Shown here: positions 37,549-50,679 of the stretch, in pieces | How positions within the stretch are numbered: position 1 is the first letter of the stretch | Layout of the letters: the number at the start of each line of letters is the position of its first letter | Notes under the pieces: model-generated | Database searches by the model: none | What the model was told of the DNA's origin: nothing | What the model saw: the letters and a program-made list of their open reading frames with translations, nothing else | Origin: Mobula hypostoma | Lineage: Eukaryota | DNA length: 64,000 nucleotides | Direction of reading: 5' to 3' | Assembly (NCBI RefSeq): GCF_963921235.1 | Contig: NC_086108.1 | Span: 87,670,001-87,734,000, forward strand | Translations under genes and position numbers: made by a program

Positions 37549-37983
37549 CTGAAAGAAAAGGCACAACAGAGGATAATCCTCCAAATATATAATAGAACTC
37601 AAGCTTTAAACAGTTTTTGGGAATAGTATATGGCAGCATCATACAGACACATAGCGTCATATTTGTAAATAGTCTATGGGGAGGAGACAATGGGCAGTGA
37701 AGTCTCCTGGACCTGACTGGTGTGGAGCAGAATTTCACTAGGACTTTTTGTAATGCCATTGCTAACATTGACTTCTCAAAACAAACCCAAGCTACAAAGC
37801 AGGAAAAAAGCTTTGACACATAGCAAAACTATGTTTTGTAGGTTTTGTCATTATGAGCAGAGTCCAGCAATGCACCTATAATGCTGCTACCTCACAGGTC
37901 CAGAGACCTGGCTTCAATCCTAACCTTTGGTTCTGTCTGCATAGAATTTGCATGTTCTTTCTGCAACTATCTGGGTTTCACTT

Positions 37984-39541
37984 GCATGATTTCTGACTTT
38001 TTGAATAAGCCTACCGCGTGGAACCTTGTCAAATGCCTTACTAAAATCCATGTAGATCACATCCACTGCACTACCCTCATCTATAGGCCTGATCACCTCC
38101 TCAAAGAACTCTATCAGGCTTGTTAGACACGATCTGCCCTTCACAAAGCCATGCTGACTGTCCCTCTACCACCTGATCAGACCATAATGCACACAGATCC
38201 TATCTCTAAGAATCTTTTCCAACAGCTTTCCCACCACAGATGCAAGGCTCACTGGTCTATAATTACCCGGACTATCCCTTTTTTGAACAAGGGGACAACA
38301 TTCGCATCCCTCCAATCCTCCAGTACCATTCCCGTGGACAACAAGGACATAAAGATCCTAGACAGAGGCTCAGCAATTTCTTCCCTTGCCTCGTGGAGCA
38401 GCCTGGGGAATATTCCGTCATGCCCCGGGGACTTATCCGCCCTAATGTATTTTAACAAGGCATGGGATCCAGGGAAGTTTGGCCAGGTGGATTCAGAATT
38501 GGCTTGCCTGCAGAAGGCAGAGGGTCGTGGTGAAGGGAATACATTCGGATTGGAGGGTTGTGACTAGTGGTGTCCCACAAGGATCGGTTCTAGGACCTCT
38601 ACTTTTCGTGATTTTTATTAACGATCTGGATGTGGGGGTAGAAAGGTGGGTTGGCAAGTTTACAGATGACACAAAGGTTGTTGGTGTTGTAGATAGTGTA
38701 GAGGATTGTTGAAGATTGCAGAGAGATATTGATAGGATGCAGAAGTGGGCTGAGAAGTGGCAGATGGAGTTCAACCCGGAGAAGTGTGAGGTGGTACACT
38801 TCGGAAGAACAAACTCCAAGGCAGAGTACAAAGTAAATGGCAGGATACTTGGTAGTGTGGAGGAGCAGAGGGATCTGGGGGTACATGTCCACAGATCACT
38901 GAAAGTTGCCTCACAGGTGGATAGGGTAGTTAAGAAAGCTTATGGGGTGTTAGTTTTTATAAGTGGAGGGATAGAGCTTAAGAGTCGCAAGGTAATGATG
39001 CAGCTCTAAAAACTCTGGTTAGGCCACACTTGGAGTACTGTGTCCAGCTCTGGTCACCTCACTATAGGAAGGATGTGGAAGCATTGGAAAGGGTACAGAG
39101 GAGATTTACCAGGATGCTGCCTGGTTTAGAGAGTATGCATTATGATCAGAGATTAAGGGAGCTATGGCTTTACTTTTTGGAGAGAAGGAGGATGACAGGA
39201 GACATGATAGAGGTATACAAGATATTAAGAGGAATAGATAGAGTGGACAGCCAGCGCCTCTTCCCCAGGGTACCACGGCTCAATACAAGAGGACATGGCT
39301 TTAAGGTAAGGGGTGGGAAGTTCAAGGGGGATATTAGAGGAAGGTTTTTTTACTCAGAGAGTGGTTGGTGCGTGGAATGCACTGCCTGAGTCAGTGGTGG
39401 AGGAGTGAAATTTAAGAGACTACTAGACAGGTATATGGAGGAATTTAAGGTGGGGGTTATATGGGAGGCAGGGTTTGAGGGTTGGCACAACACTGTGGGC
39501 TGAAGGGACTGTACTGTGCAGTACTGTTCTATGTTCTATGA
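37984..39541 (+). mobile_element. CR1 LINE with inverted 5' segment (37984-38450 minus; 38455-39541 plus), inserted next to a V-SINE fragment (37860-37983)
   Basis: Minus: DKSPGHDGIFPRLL, DFSKAFDKVP.GRLIQKV; plus: [28 protein letters not shown]; tail gttctatgttctatg. Confidence 0.92.
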
Positions 39542-40259
39542 TTTGATTTCCTCTGAAAGTCCAAAGATATATCTCTACGAAAGGAGGTATAGGGCGCTCC
39601 TTTCCTCCACTAGCCTTGTAAAGACACTGCCCAGAAGGAGGCAATGGCAAGCCACTTGTGTAGAAAATACTGCCAAGAACATCAATGGTCATGGAAAGAT
39701 CATGATTGCTCATGTCATATGACACAGCACATAATGAACAAACGACTGTACATTATCCCAGATGCAGCTGAATGATAGAAGCTGGAATTAATGGCATGTG
39801 AGGGAGAAATGGGTTAGGAGGAGGGTGTGACTAAAGGGCTTACTCAGACTTGATGGATTATATGGTCTCCTTCTATGCTGCAAGGACAAAAAAATTAGAT
39901 TTTCTGATGGCTCCTGAGGCTCCAAAAAAGTTACAAATATTAAAAATAAATTTGAAATATAAACCATACAAGCTTTTCAAATAAAGTCAGAGAAACTTTT
40001 AAATCATTAAAATACTATTATAAACAAATAATTTTAACAACAAAATAACATTATATTGTTCTTGGCTTACTTCCTCTCTGCTGCAGTACCTCCAGTCATA
40101 TGAACAGGCTTGCAGATTCTGTACCAGGTCAAACAAGCAGATTTCCTGGCTTAGGCACAGGGAATTCCAGCAAGGAAATGTTCTGCTATTAAACTGTATG
40201 CAGAGTGCAATTGCAGAGTGCAGTAATAACATTTGCTAGGCTACCAATCAGGTAAACTA

Positions 40260-40552
40260 CATTTCTGATTATCTTATTTCCTTTCATCAGGTCACCACCA
40301 GCCTCTAGTTTCTTCCCAGCTCCTTACTTCACTCACTCCCCTCCTGGTTTCACCTATCACCTTGCAGTTCTTCCTCCCCTCCTCCAACCCTCTTACTCTG
40401 ACTCATGTTTTTCCTCCAGTCCTGATGAAGGGTCACAGCTTGAGACATTGGCTGTACTCTTTCCCATAGATGCCGCCTGGCCTGCTGAGCTCCTCCAGCA
40501 TTTTGTGTGTGTTGCTCGGATTTCCAGCACCTACAGATTTTCTCTTGTTCGT
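40260..40552 (+). mobile_element. Penelope-like terminal repeat with degenerate hammerhead (40416-40456)
   Basis: ccagtc-CTGATGA-agggtcacagctt-gagac-att-ggctg, followed by tagatgccgcctggcctgctgagctcctccagcattttgtgtgt. Confidence 0.75.
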
Positions 40553-40719
40553 CCTTACATCACCTGTAACTGTAGAGTAACAGGCAAGTGATGAAGCAAG
40601 GGTGTGTGCCTCAAGCACAAGTGGAACCACCTCACATGATATCCCTATGGGCGTATCTTCATTGAATGCAGGCATTATGGTTTTCCCTATTCCAGAAAAG
40701 CATTACTTTGATATCTTAC

Positions 40720-40833
40720 CTTTAGTCAAGGTATGAAAAAGTAACTCTGTCTGTTGGCATTTTGGCAAAAGTTTCATCAGATCAAACTGAAATGGTATTG
40801 TTTGGATGAAGTCATTCTCTCCGTCATTCTCAC
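40720..40833 (-). CDS. SZT2: SZT2 exon: (G)ENDGENDFIQTIPFQFDLMKLLPKCQQTELLFHTLTK
   Basis: cag|GT..AAA G|gtaaga; IPF.FDLM.LLP.CQQ motif; 114 nt, phase 1 to 1. Confidence 0.93.
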
Positions 40834-41279
40834 CTGTTTTAGAAAACAAGAAAAGGGTAGTCATTCTAGCTGGATTGTGGAACGAAGAGAGGGTTCAAGT
40901 GGGGAAAAAAGGTATAGTGCATGTAGCACTCTCAGAACATTAAAGACATCACATTTGATTAAAAGAAGGCATATCACATGGTTATTATTAGAATAAAGAT
41001 AAAGAAACATACTTAAGGAAGTTCAAGCACAAACCCTGAAGCAGAATAATGGGAATAATTATAAAGCAATGCAGTCAAAGGTTGTAGTGGATAAGAGAAA
41101 AATAGACAGTTGGAAAGAACATAATGCAATTACACAACAATTCATTTGTTAGGATATTTTGAAGTTCAGACTCTCTTGGTCTGCAGAGTTAAACAGGCCA
41201 TGCAGAAAATACAAATAATGGCTTCATTAATAATGTACTGATTATTGATGCACTAAACCATATCTATCTGCTCTGGTGG

Positions 41280-41551
41280 TCAAAGGGGTAACTTCAGTCA
41301 ACTTCACTTGACATTCACTGAAATATTCCCACAATTTATGAACTCACTTTCAGGAACTCTTCATCTCATGTTCTTGATATTTATTATTATTTCTTTCTTT
41401 TTGTTGTTTGGTGTCTTTTGCGCACACCAGCTGAACACCCTAGTTGGGGGAGCTTTCATTGATTCTATTATGTTTAATACTCTATTATGGATATATTAAG
41501 TATGCCTGCAAGAACATTAATCTCCAAATTGTATATGGTGACATATATGTA
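41280..41551 (+). mobile_element. Rex-Babar 3' UTR whose tail is split by the Tigger-like element (resumes 42851-42882)
   Basis: gtatatggtgacatatatgta|..|cttagacaataaattttgaactttgaac. Confidence 0.75.
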
Positions 41552-42850
41552 CAGGTGTCCCCCGCTTTTCGAATGTTCGCTTTACGAAACCTCACTGTTA
41601 CGAAAGACCTACATTAGTACCCTGTTTTCGCTTTCAGAAGGTGTTTTCACTGTTACGAAAAAAAAGCAGCATGCGGGAAAAATCAGTGCGTGATAAGAAG
41701 CATGACCAAGAACTGATAGATTAAGAGCTGATGCAATTGGAAGAGGAAAGGATAACAATCAAACCGAATGCAGTAGCGAATGGACCGAAAGGGACTGCAT
41801 GAGATTTTCACTGCAATGATAAAGTACGACTTTAATTTTGAAAGGGTACGTAGGTTTAGGGGATATTTGCAGGATGGTTTGAGTCCTTATAAAGAACTAT
41901 ATGATAGAAAAATGCGCGAGGCTCAGCAGTCAAGCAAGCCTTCCGCATCAGCCACAGCAGACGACGAATCTTGACCTTTGACATCGAGGCAGGCAATCAT
42001 AGGAGAAGATGAGCTGCCTGCTCTAATGGAAACAGATGACGAAATGACACCCCAGTGTCCCACCACCCCAACACTCAGGCCACGGACAGGTACTGTACCG
42101 ATTCACAGAGAATGCAGTAGTAGCCAGGAGGCACACAGCACATCTTTAAGAAAAAAGCCGAAATAAACATGCTAATTAATTAGGTGCCGCCTGACACATA
42201 ATCAATTAGCATGTTTATTTCGGCTTTTTTCTTAAAGATGTGCTGGATGCCTCCCGGCTACCGCTGCACCCCTGCATGCCTCGCGGTTCAGTATCTGTCA
42301 GCGGCCTGGAGGGTGGGGGGCACTGCACCACCCAGCCTGCGACGACTCAGTCTAACACACCATCATCAGTGTGCTCGGCACTGTCCCAATTCCAGTAAGC
42401 GATACTACACTGTACATACATTATTTCTACTTTATATAGGCTGTGTATTTTTACGTGTTGTTTGGTATGATTTGGCAGCTTCATAGCTTAAAGGTTACTG
42501 GAGAGCGCTTGCGCCGTATTTTTGCCAACAGCGCTTGCGTGAGATTTTCTGCTGACGGCGCTTGCATGAGGTTTTCACTACGGAGAACAGTTCAGTAATG
42601 ATTGTGGAAAAGTATTTCTACTTTATACAGGCTGTGTATTTATCATATCATTCCTGCTTTTGCTATATGTTACTGTTATTTTAGGTTTTATGCGTTATTT
42701 GGCATGATTTGGTAGGTTATTTTTGGGTCTGCGAACGTTCACAAATTTTTCCCATATAAATAAATGGTAATTGCTTCTTTGCTTTACGACATTTCGGCTT
42801 ACGAACTGTTTCATAGGAACGCTCTACCTTCGGATGGTGGGGGAAACCTG
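41552..42850 (+). mobile_element. Non-autonomous Tigger/pogo-like DNA transposon, 1299 bp
   Basis: TA TSD at 41550-51 and 42851-52; imperfect TIR CAGGT(G/T)TCCCCC..TCGAA; C-terminal remnant resembling pogo (FERVRRF...LSPYKELYDRK). Confidence 0.8.
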
Positions 42851-42882
42851 TACTTAGACAATAAATTTTGAACTTTGAACTT

Positions 42883-44718
42883 CGGTGCCACAACAATAAC
42901 CTCTGACTCAATGTCAGCAAGACAAAGGAGTTGATTATTGACTATAAGAGGAGGAAACCAGAGGTCCATGAGCCAGTAATCATCGGGGATCAGAGGTGAA
43001 GAGGGTCAGCAATTTAAAACTCCTTGGAGTTAACATTTTTGGGGATCTGTTCTGGGTCCAGCACACAAGTACCAATACAAAGAAAGCATGGCAGCACCTC
43101 TACTTTCCTAGGAGTTTGTGAAGACTCGGCATATCATCTAAAACTTTGACAAACTTCTATAGATATGAGGTGGAGAGTATACTGATTGGTTGCATCAGGG
43201 CCTGGTATGGAAACACCAATACCCGTGAATGAAAAAGCCTACAAAAACTAGTGGATACAGCCCAGTTCATCACATGTAAAGTCTTTCTCACCACTAAGCA
43301 CATCTACAAGGAGTGTTGTTGCATCCCCCTTCACCCAGGGCATGCTCTCTTCTCCCTGCTGCTATCAGGAAAGAGGTACAGGACCTAAGGGCCTATACCA
43401 CCAAGTTCAGGAAAAGTTACTACTCCTCAAACTTCATGCTCTTCAACCAGAAGAGATAACTTCATTCAACCAACACTGAACTGTTCCTACAACCTATGAA
43501 CTCATTTTCAATGGCCCTTCATCTCATTTTCTACATATTTATTGCTTATTATTATTGTCTTTTTTTTCCTTTTTTTGTATTTTGTCTTTTGCATATTGTT
43601 TATCCATCTTGTGTATGGTTCCTCAATGATTCTATTGGGTTTTTTTTGTATTTACTGTGAACAAAGATGGCACCAGCGAACAATGCAACCAAAGGCAACA
43701 TCTATCAGTTTACAAAACTACTTCTCATACTTCTTTTTACAAATATGATTCTGCTACTAAGCTTTTACGTGTGATTCAAACTTGTGATTTACACTTTGAC
43801 GGTGCTTTTGGGCTGATTGAGCGATCTGGCGCTTTCCTGTCTCAGAGGGACATCAGTGAGGTTTCGAGCAGAGTATGAGGCCTAGAGCCCAAGGAGCCTG
43901 GAGAGGGAGCGCAAGTCCATGATCGACTCCATTTCTTGCCAAATTTGCCAATTGAAACGTCAACACACACAAATGCTGGAAGAACTCAGTCGGCCACGCA
44001 GCATTTTGTGTGCGTTGCTTGGGTTTCCAGCATCTGCGGATTTTCTCTTTTTTGTGATTAAAATATCAAGCAAGATTGGAATCAACGAGGATGAGAGTGG
44101 AAGGCGAGCAGGTGTTCAGCACCATCTGCTTGTGTTTGACCAGTCTCTCCCACTCGCTCGCTGCTGCCAGAAGAAGGTGTCTGCGCTTGACTGGTCTCTC
44201 TCTTGATCTCTCTCTATGCTGCTGGAGAACGAGGCTGGAGTCTTGGGTTTTTGGCAAGGTTTAATTGATGCGCGTTGTGGATTGGACTTGGCAGTTCAAG
44301 TTAGGAATGCATTTCTGCTTACTTCTTTATTTATTGCTATTTTGTGCACTTTTGATTGGGGTAGACTGGCTCTCCAGCCTGCACTCAACAAACAACACAG
44401 TACTAAAGTGAACTGAACTAAACTGAACATTCCTAGACTGTTTCAGTGACTGTGGTTTGATGTTTCATATTCTGTGGTTTCACTTGTTTTTTGCTACTCG
44501 CAAGATTTTTTTGTTTGCCCTTTGTGTGTTTGATATTTTCTTTGAACAGGTTCCGTGGTGTTTCTTTGTTTCGTGGCTGGCTGTGGGAAGATGAAGCTCA
44601 GGCTTGTATACTGCATACGTAATAAATGTACTTTGTACTTTGAATGCTCACAAGAAAATGAATCTCAGGGTTTTATATGGTGACATATGTACTTCAATAA
44701 TAAATTTACTTTGAACTT
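42883..44718 (+). mobile_element. Rex-Babar 3' part (42883-43659, resumes 44644-44718)
   Basis: [26 protein letters not shown]; tail resumes atgctcacaagaaaatgaatctcaggg. Confidence 0.85.
43660..44643 (+). mobile_element. About 1-kb non-coding retroposon with AAGATGGC 5' end and Rex-like 3' tail
   Basis: Nested in the Rex 3' UTR between tgtga|a and ttga|atgc; no RT-like ORF. Confidence 0.6.
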
Positions 44719-45819
44719 TTTCTGTAACTGTAAACACTATACTCTGCCTTGTTACTGTTTTCCCTTTGTACTACCTTGATATACCTGTGTTTGGATGGCA
44801 TGCAAAACGAAGTTTTAAACTGTATCTCTGCAAAGGACAATAAACTGACTAACAAATACAGCATTTCTAGGAGCCACACTATATAAAGGGAATGCAAGAC
44901 AACATAACCCTCTTAAAAACATGAACAATGGGCACCTACTTTCATGGCACCTACCATTATCAGATGGCTTAAAGCTACTTCGAAATTTGTATGTTTCTGT
45001 ACAGAAGCTAAGATATTTATGACCCTCTTTAGAATTAAAAGTCAATTAGCAGGCTTCAGTCCTGTGTTCATACTTCCTCAGACCTGCCTATTGACTGGCT
45101 CTTCTTCCGCTGAAACAAATGCTCCTGACTGCACATATACTAAAGCAGCTTAAAACACATTACTGCTAATGAAAGCTCTATGCCATCCCTCCAGTACATT
45201 AAAGAACAATATTTTGACTGCCGGTAAATTGAGTTCTAATAAAGGTAAGGGACTGAAAATACTTCCGGTATAATGAAGCAGGAAGTCTTTTTCAGAGTGA
45301 GAGAGAAAACAGCAATCAATAACTTAAGCATTGAAGTTATTGACTATGGTGAAAAATTCAAACCAACAGACTGGCTTAAGATGAAGGAAGTTAGAAACAA
45401 GAAGTCAAGAAGAATATTTTTCATAAAACTACAATTATAATTGAGAAAATGTGGCATCTAATGTAAATAGATCTTGAAAACAATTCTATTTAACTTAAAT
45501 ATTCTTATTAAATAAGGGATATCTAGGTGATACTATGAATTATCAAACTTTTTTTGTGTGCAGTGAAATCTATGTTCATACCAATGTTATGCCTCTCCAT
45601 GTTTTAACTACAAAGTTATTGTAAGAAACTTGCCAAAGCAATTTCATAACTGATCCCAAACAAGTTAACACACAATGCTTCAAGTAACACTAAGCAATGT
45701 GAAGAAAATAATCAGGTGACATGGTTTATTAAGCATAGAGATGGGGCAACAATACTAAAATGCAAATCCTTACACCAGACTTATTTCCCTCTCCACAACT
45801 CCTGCCCGAAATAAGTAAG

Positions 45820-48388
45820 TACTTCTAACAGATCTGTCAAGCAAGATATCCCTTGAGACAACCGTGCTGACTACGGCCAATTTTATCATGTGCCTCGAAG
45901 TACCCTGAGATCTCATTCTTAATAATTGACTACAATATCTTCAGAATCACTGAGATCAGACTAAATGGCCTACAATTTCCTTTCTTCTGCCTCTCCCTTC
46001 CTGAAGAATAGAGTGGCATTTGCAATTTTCCAGTCTCCTGGAACCATTCCAGGATCCAGTGTTTCTTGAAAGATCGTTACTAATTCCTCCACAATCTCTT
46101 CAGCCACCTCTTTCAGAACCTTAGGGGGTACACTATCTGGTCCAGGTGACTTATCACCTTCAGATCTTTCAGTTTCCCAAGAACCTTCTCTCTGGTTATG
46201 GTAACTTCACACACTTCATGACCCCTGACACCTGAAAATTCCAGCGTTCTGCTAATGTCATCCACAGTGAAGACTGACGCAAAATACTTATTCAGTTCAT
46301 CCGGCATTTCCTTGTTCCCCATTACTACCCCTTCAGCATTGTTTTCCAGCAGTCCAATATCCACTCTTGCCTCTCTTTCACACTTCATGTATTAGAAAAA
46401 AAAACTTTGGTATCCTCTTTAATATTAATGGCTAGCTTAATTTCATATTCCATCTTTATCTTCTTAATGACTTTTTTTAGTTGCCTTCAATCAGTTTTTA
46501 AGAACTTCCCAATCCTCTAACTTCCTATTAATTGTTACTCTTATATGCCCTCTCGTAGACTTTTATGCTGGCTTTGACTTCTCTTGTTAGACACAGTTGT
46601 GTCATCTTTCCTTTGGAATACCTCCTCCTTTTCAGGATGTAAATATCCTGTGTCTTCCGAATTGCTTCCAGAAATTCTAGTCATTGCTGCTCTGCCATCG
46701 TCCCTGCTAGTGCTCTTTTCCAATCAATTCTAGCCAACTCCTTTCTCATGCCTCTGTAATTCTTTTTACTCCACTGTGATGGACTTTAGGAAGCCTGCAT
46801 TGCTCCCTATCACCATTGAGGGTGAGGACGTGGATGTGCTGAGGACCTACAAGTACCTAGGGGTGCACCTGGACCACAGACTTAAATAGAGCACCAACAC
46901 ATATATTGTATACAAGAAGGGCCAGAGTCACCTCTATTTCCTGAGGAGGCTGAGGTCCTTTGGAATATGCAGGGCTCTCCTTCATATGTTTACCAGTCTA
47001 TTGTCACCAGTATAATCTGATTAGAAATGTAGGCTCTGTTATAGGAGATAACCGGACATATTGGAGGCCGTGGTAGAATAAAGGACCCCACAGAAAATCC
47101 TAGCAATTCTGGACAATGTTTCTCACTCTCTGCATGCCACTTTGGCTGAACAGAGGAGCACTTTCAGTAATAGACTAAGACAACTGCACTGTTCCAAACC
47201 GCGCTACATGAGGTCATTCTTACCCTCGGCATAAGGCTCTATAATGAGTCAACCTATAAGTTGGGGAAGTGATGACCTCCTCCTGTCAGATTGCTTCAGG
47301 TAATTTATTTTTTATTCATTCTTCTTACTTTTCTTCTAATATTTTAAATCTGTGGACTTGTAATGCCACTGTAACACTGTAATTTCCTTTGGGATCAATG
47401 AAGTATCTATCTACCTCTCTATCTGTAATAATGATACATCTGACTTTAGCTTCTGCTTCTCAAATTTCAGGGTGAATTCGATCATACTATGATCTCTTTT
47501 CCCTAAGGGTTCTTTTATATTAAGAAATTCTGATTCATTGCACAACACCCATATAACAATTACAGCATGGAAACAGGCCATCTCGGTCCTTCTAGTCTGT
47601 GCCGAACTCTTACTCTCACCTAGTCCCACCAAGCTGCACTCAGCCTATAACCCTCCATTCCTTTCCTGTCCATATAGCTGTCCAATTTAACTTTAAACGA
47701 CAACATCGAACCTGTCTCAACCACTTCTGCTGGAAGCTCATTCCACACAGCTACCACTCTCTGAGTAAAGAAGTTCCCCCTCATGTTACCCCTAAACTTT
47801 TGCCCTTTAACTCTCAACTCATGTCCTCTTGTTTGAATCTCCCCCACTCTCAATGGAATAAGGCTATCCACGTCAACTCCATCTATCCCCCTCATAATTT
47901 TAAATACCTCTATCAAGTCCCCCCTCAACCTTTGACATTCCAAAGAATAAAGACCCAACTTGTTCAGCCTTTCTCTGTAACTTAGGAGATGAAACCCAGG
48001 TAACATTCTAGTAAATCTTCTCTGTACTCTCTTAATTTTGTTGACATCTTTCCTATAATTCAGTCGCCAGAACTATACACAATACTCCAAATTTGGCCTT
48101 ACCAATGCCTTGTACAATTTCAACATTACATCCCAACTCCTATACTCAATGCTTTGATTTATAAAGGCCAGCATACCAAAAGCTTTCTTCACCACCCTAT
48201 CCACATGAGATTCCAATCTGGAATAGTTGATTCCCTAATGAGCTCAACTACAAACTGCTCTAAAAAGCCATCTGGTAGCCACTCGAGAAATCCCCATAAT
48301 GTAATCCAGCACAAACCTTTTTCATATTGAAGCCTCCCCCATGACTATTGTAATATTGCCCTTTTGGCATGCATTTTTTAATCTCCTA
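45820..48388 (-). mobile_element. CR1 ORF2 fragment hosting nested Rex (46780-47412, plus) and CR1 (47552-48212, minus) insertions
   Basis: Host pieces 45820-46780, 47420-47550, 48213-48388 are collinear with 52800-54080; nested LE..RLRGDLIEVFK CR1 and Rex tail gatcaatgaagtatctatct. Confidence 0.85.
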
Positions 48389-48399
48389 GTGGATCTCAC

Positions 48400-49110
48400 T
48401 CCAGTATGCCCTCTTGTCACCATCTGAGATTCTGCCAACAATGTTGTATCATCAGCAAATTTATAGATGACATTTCAGTTATGCCTACCAACATAGTCCT
48501 GCATGTAGAGAGAGCAGAGCAGAGCACAGATCTAAGCACACACCCACACCCCCGAAGTGCACCAGTGTTGACTGTCAGCGACTTATTATTTCCAATCCAC
48601 ACAGATTGTGGTCTTCCGGTCAGGAAGTCGAGGATCCAGCTGCAGAGGGAGCTACAGAAGCCCAGGTTCTAAGCTTTTCGATCAGAACTGTAAAACCGGT
48701 GGTGTTGAACGCTGAGCTATAGTCAATAAACAACATTCTGGCAAAGGTATTTATTTGTATTGTCCAAGTGACCCAAGGCTGAATGCAGAGCCGTTGAGAT
48801 CGCAACTGCCTTACGCCTATTTTGGTGATAGGCAAATCACAGAGGGTCCAGGTCCTTACTGAGACAGGTGTTGGTTCTAGCCAAGACCAATCTCTCAAAG
48901 CATTTCATCACTGTAGATGTGAGTGCTACTGGACGATAAGTCGTTAAGGCAGATTACACTGCTTTTCTTGGGCACTGGTATAATTGTTGCCCTTTTGAAG
49001 CAGGTGGGAACTTCCAACCATAGCAATGAGCGATTGAAAAAGTCTTTGAACACCCCTGCCAGCTGGTTGGCACAGATTTTCAGAGCCTTACCAGGAACTC
49101 CATCCTCTTC
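48400..49110 (-). mobile_element. Rex-Babar RT fragment
   Basis: [36 protein letters not shown]. Confidence 0.85.
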
Positions 49111-49599
49111 CTTCACTCTGACATGTTCCAGTACATTAGCCTGTTCTATGCTGACCACACGCTCGTCAAAGTCCCTCTTCAGTGTGAATCCTGAAGCAGA
49201 GTGTTCATTATGAACCTCCCCTACATGCTCTGACCAGACACATATTTCCTTTTATCCCTGTTCAGACCTACCCTCACTGTAGTCATCCTCCTGATCTTCA
49301 TGCAAGTATAGAATTCCTTGGGGGTTTCTTTAATCCTACTTGCCAAGGTCTTCTCATGTCCCCTTCTAGCTCTCCTAAGTCCATTCTTATGCTCCTTCCT
49401 GGCTACCTTATAACTCTCAAGAGCCCTGTCTGATCCTTGGTTTCTGAACTCAACTATGCTTCCTTCTTCTTAACAAGATGTTCCATATCCCATCGATCAT
49501 GGTTCCTTCACCCCACAAATCACTGCCTGCTCAATCACACCAACCTATCCAGAACCCCATGCTAGTGCTCCCTGAACAACCTCCACATTCCCATTGTAT

Positions 49600-50390
49600 A
49601 AGGGGGCCTAAATACCCCCTTGTGCAATTGGACCCTGGATTTCCTCACTTCTAGACCCTAGTCAGTTCAGACTGACAAAAAAAAGCATCTCCTTCACAAT
49701 CTCCATCAGCACAGGAGCACTGCAGGAATGTGTACTTAGCCCCTGCTCTACTTGATTTACACCTATGACTGTGGCTAATTACAGCTCCCACTCCATATTC
49801 AAGCTTGCCGACAATACCACTGTTATGGGCTGAATTAAAGGGAGCAATGTATCAGCATACAGGAGAAAGATTGAAAACTTGGCTGAGACAACAACCTCTC
49901 AATCCATGTCAATAAGACCAAGGAACTAATTGTAGACTTCAGGAGAGGGAAACCAAAGGTTCATGAGCCAGTAATCATCAGAGGATAAGAGGTGGAGAGG
50001 GTCAGTAACTTTTAAATTCCTGGGTGTCACTATCTCAGAGGACCTGTCCTGGACCCATCATATAAATGTTATTGCAAAGAAAGCATGGCAGTGCCTCTAC
50101 TTCCTCAGGAGTCTGCAGAGATTCAGCATGTCATCAAAAACCTTGGCTAACCTCCACAGATATGTGGTGGGAAGTGAGCTGACTGGCTGCATTACGGCCT
50201 GGTATGGGAACACCAATGCCTTTGAGTGGAAAATCCTATAAAATGTAGTGGATTTGGCCAGTGTATCACCGGTAAAATCCTCCCTACCATTGAGCACATC
50301 AACATGAACCCATGAGCATCCATTATCAAAGATCCTCACCACCCAAGCCATGCTCTTTTATCGCTGCTGTCATCTGTCATCTTCCACTGA
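49600..50390 (+). mobile_element. Rex-Babar RT C-terminal fragment within an old minus-strand CR1 (49110-50635)
   Basis: STGA.QECVLS, FKLADNTT and KTKELIVDFRR motifs. Confidence 0.8.
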
Positions 50391-50635
50391 CAGATCAGTT
50401 ACCTGACCAGGTTCACTGCATAATACTAGAACCAGTGTGGCCTCTCCTCCAGTCAGCCTATCAACATACTGTGTCAGAAATCCTTCCTGGACACACCTAA
50501 CAAACCTTGCCCCATCTAAACACTAAAGAGATGCAAATCAGTATTCAACAAGTTGAAAATACCTATGGCACCCTGCTATTTTTGCATCTTTTCAAATCTG
50601 CCTCCCAATCTATTCCTCAGTGTCTCTGCTGCTAG

Positions 50636-50647
50636 AGTGTGTGTGTG

Positions 50648-50679
<32 letters not shown>

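Noticed and set aside
40071..40185. Possible extra SZT2 exon (ag..GAA|gtaagc) within ORF 39999..40232
   Set aside because: Lengths 112 or 115 nt break the phase 1-1 frame, and the peptide does not resemble SZT2
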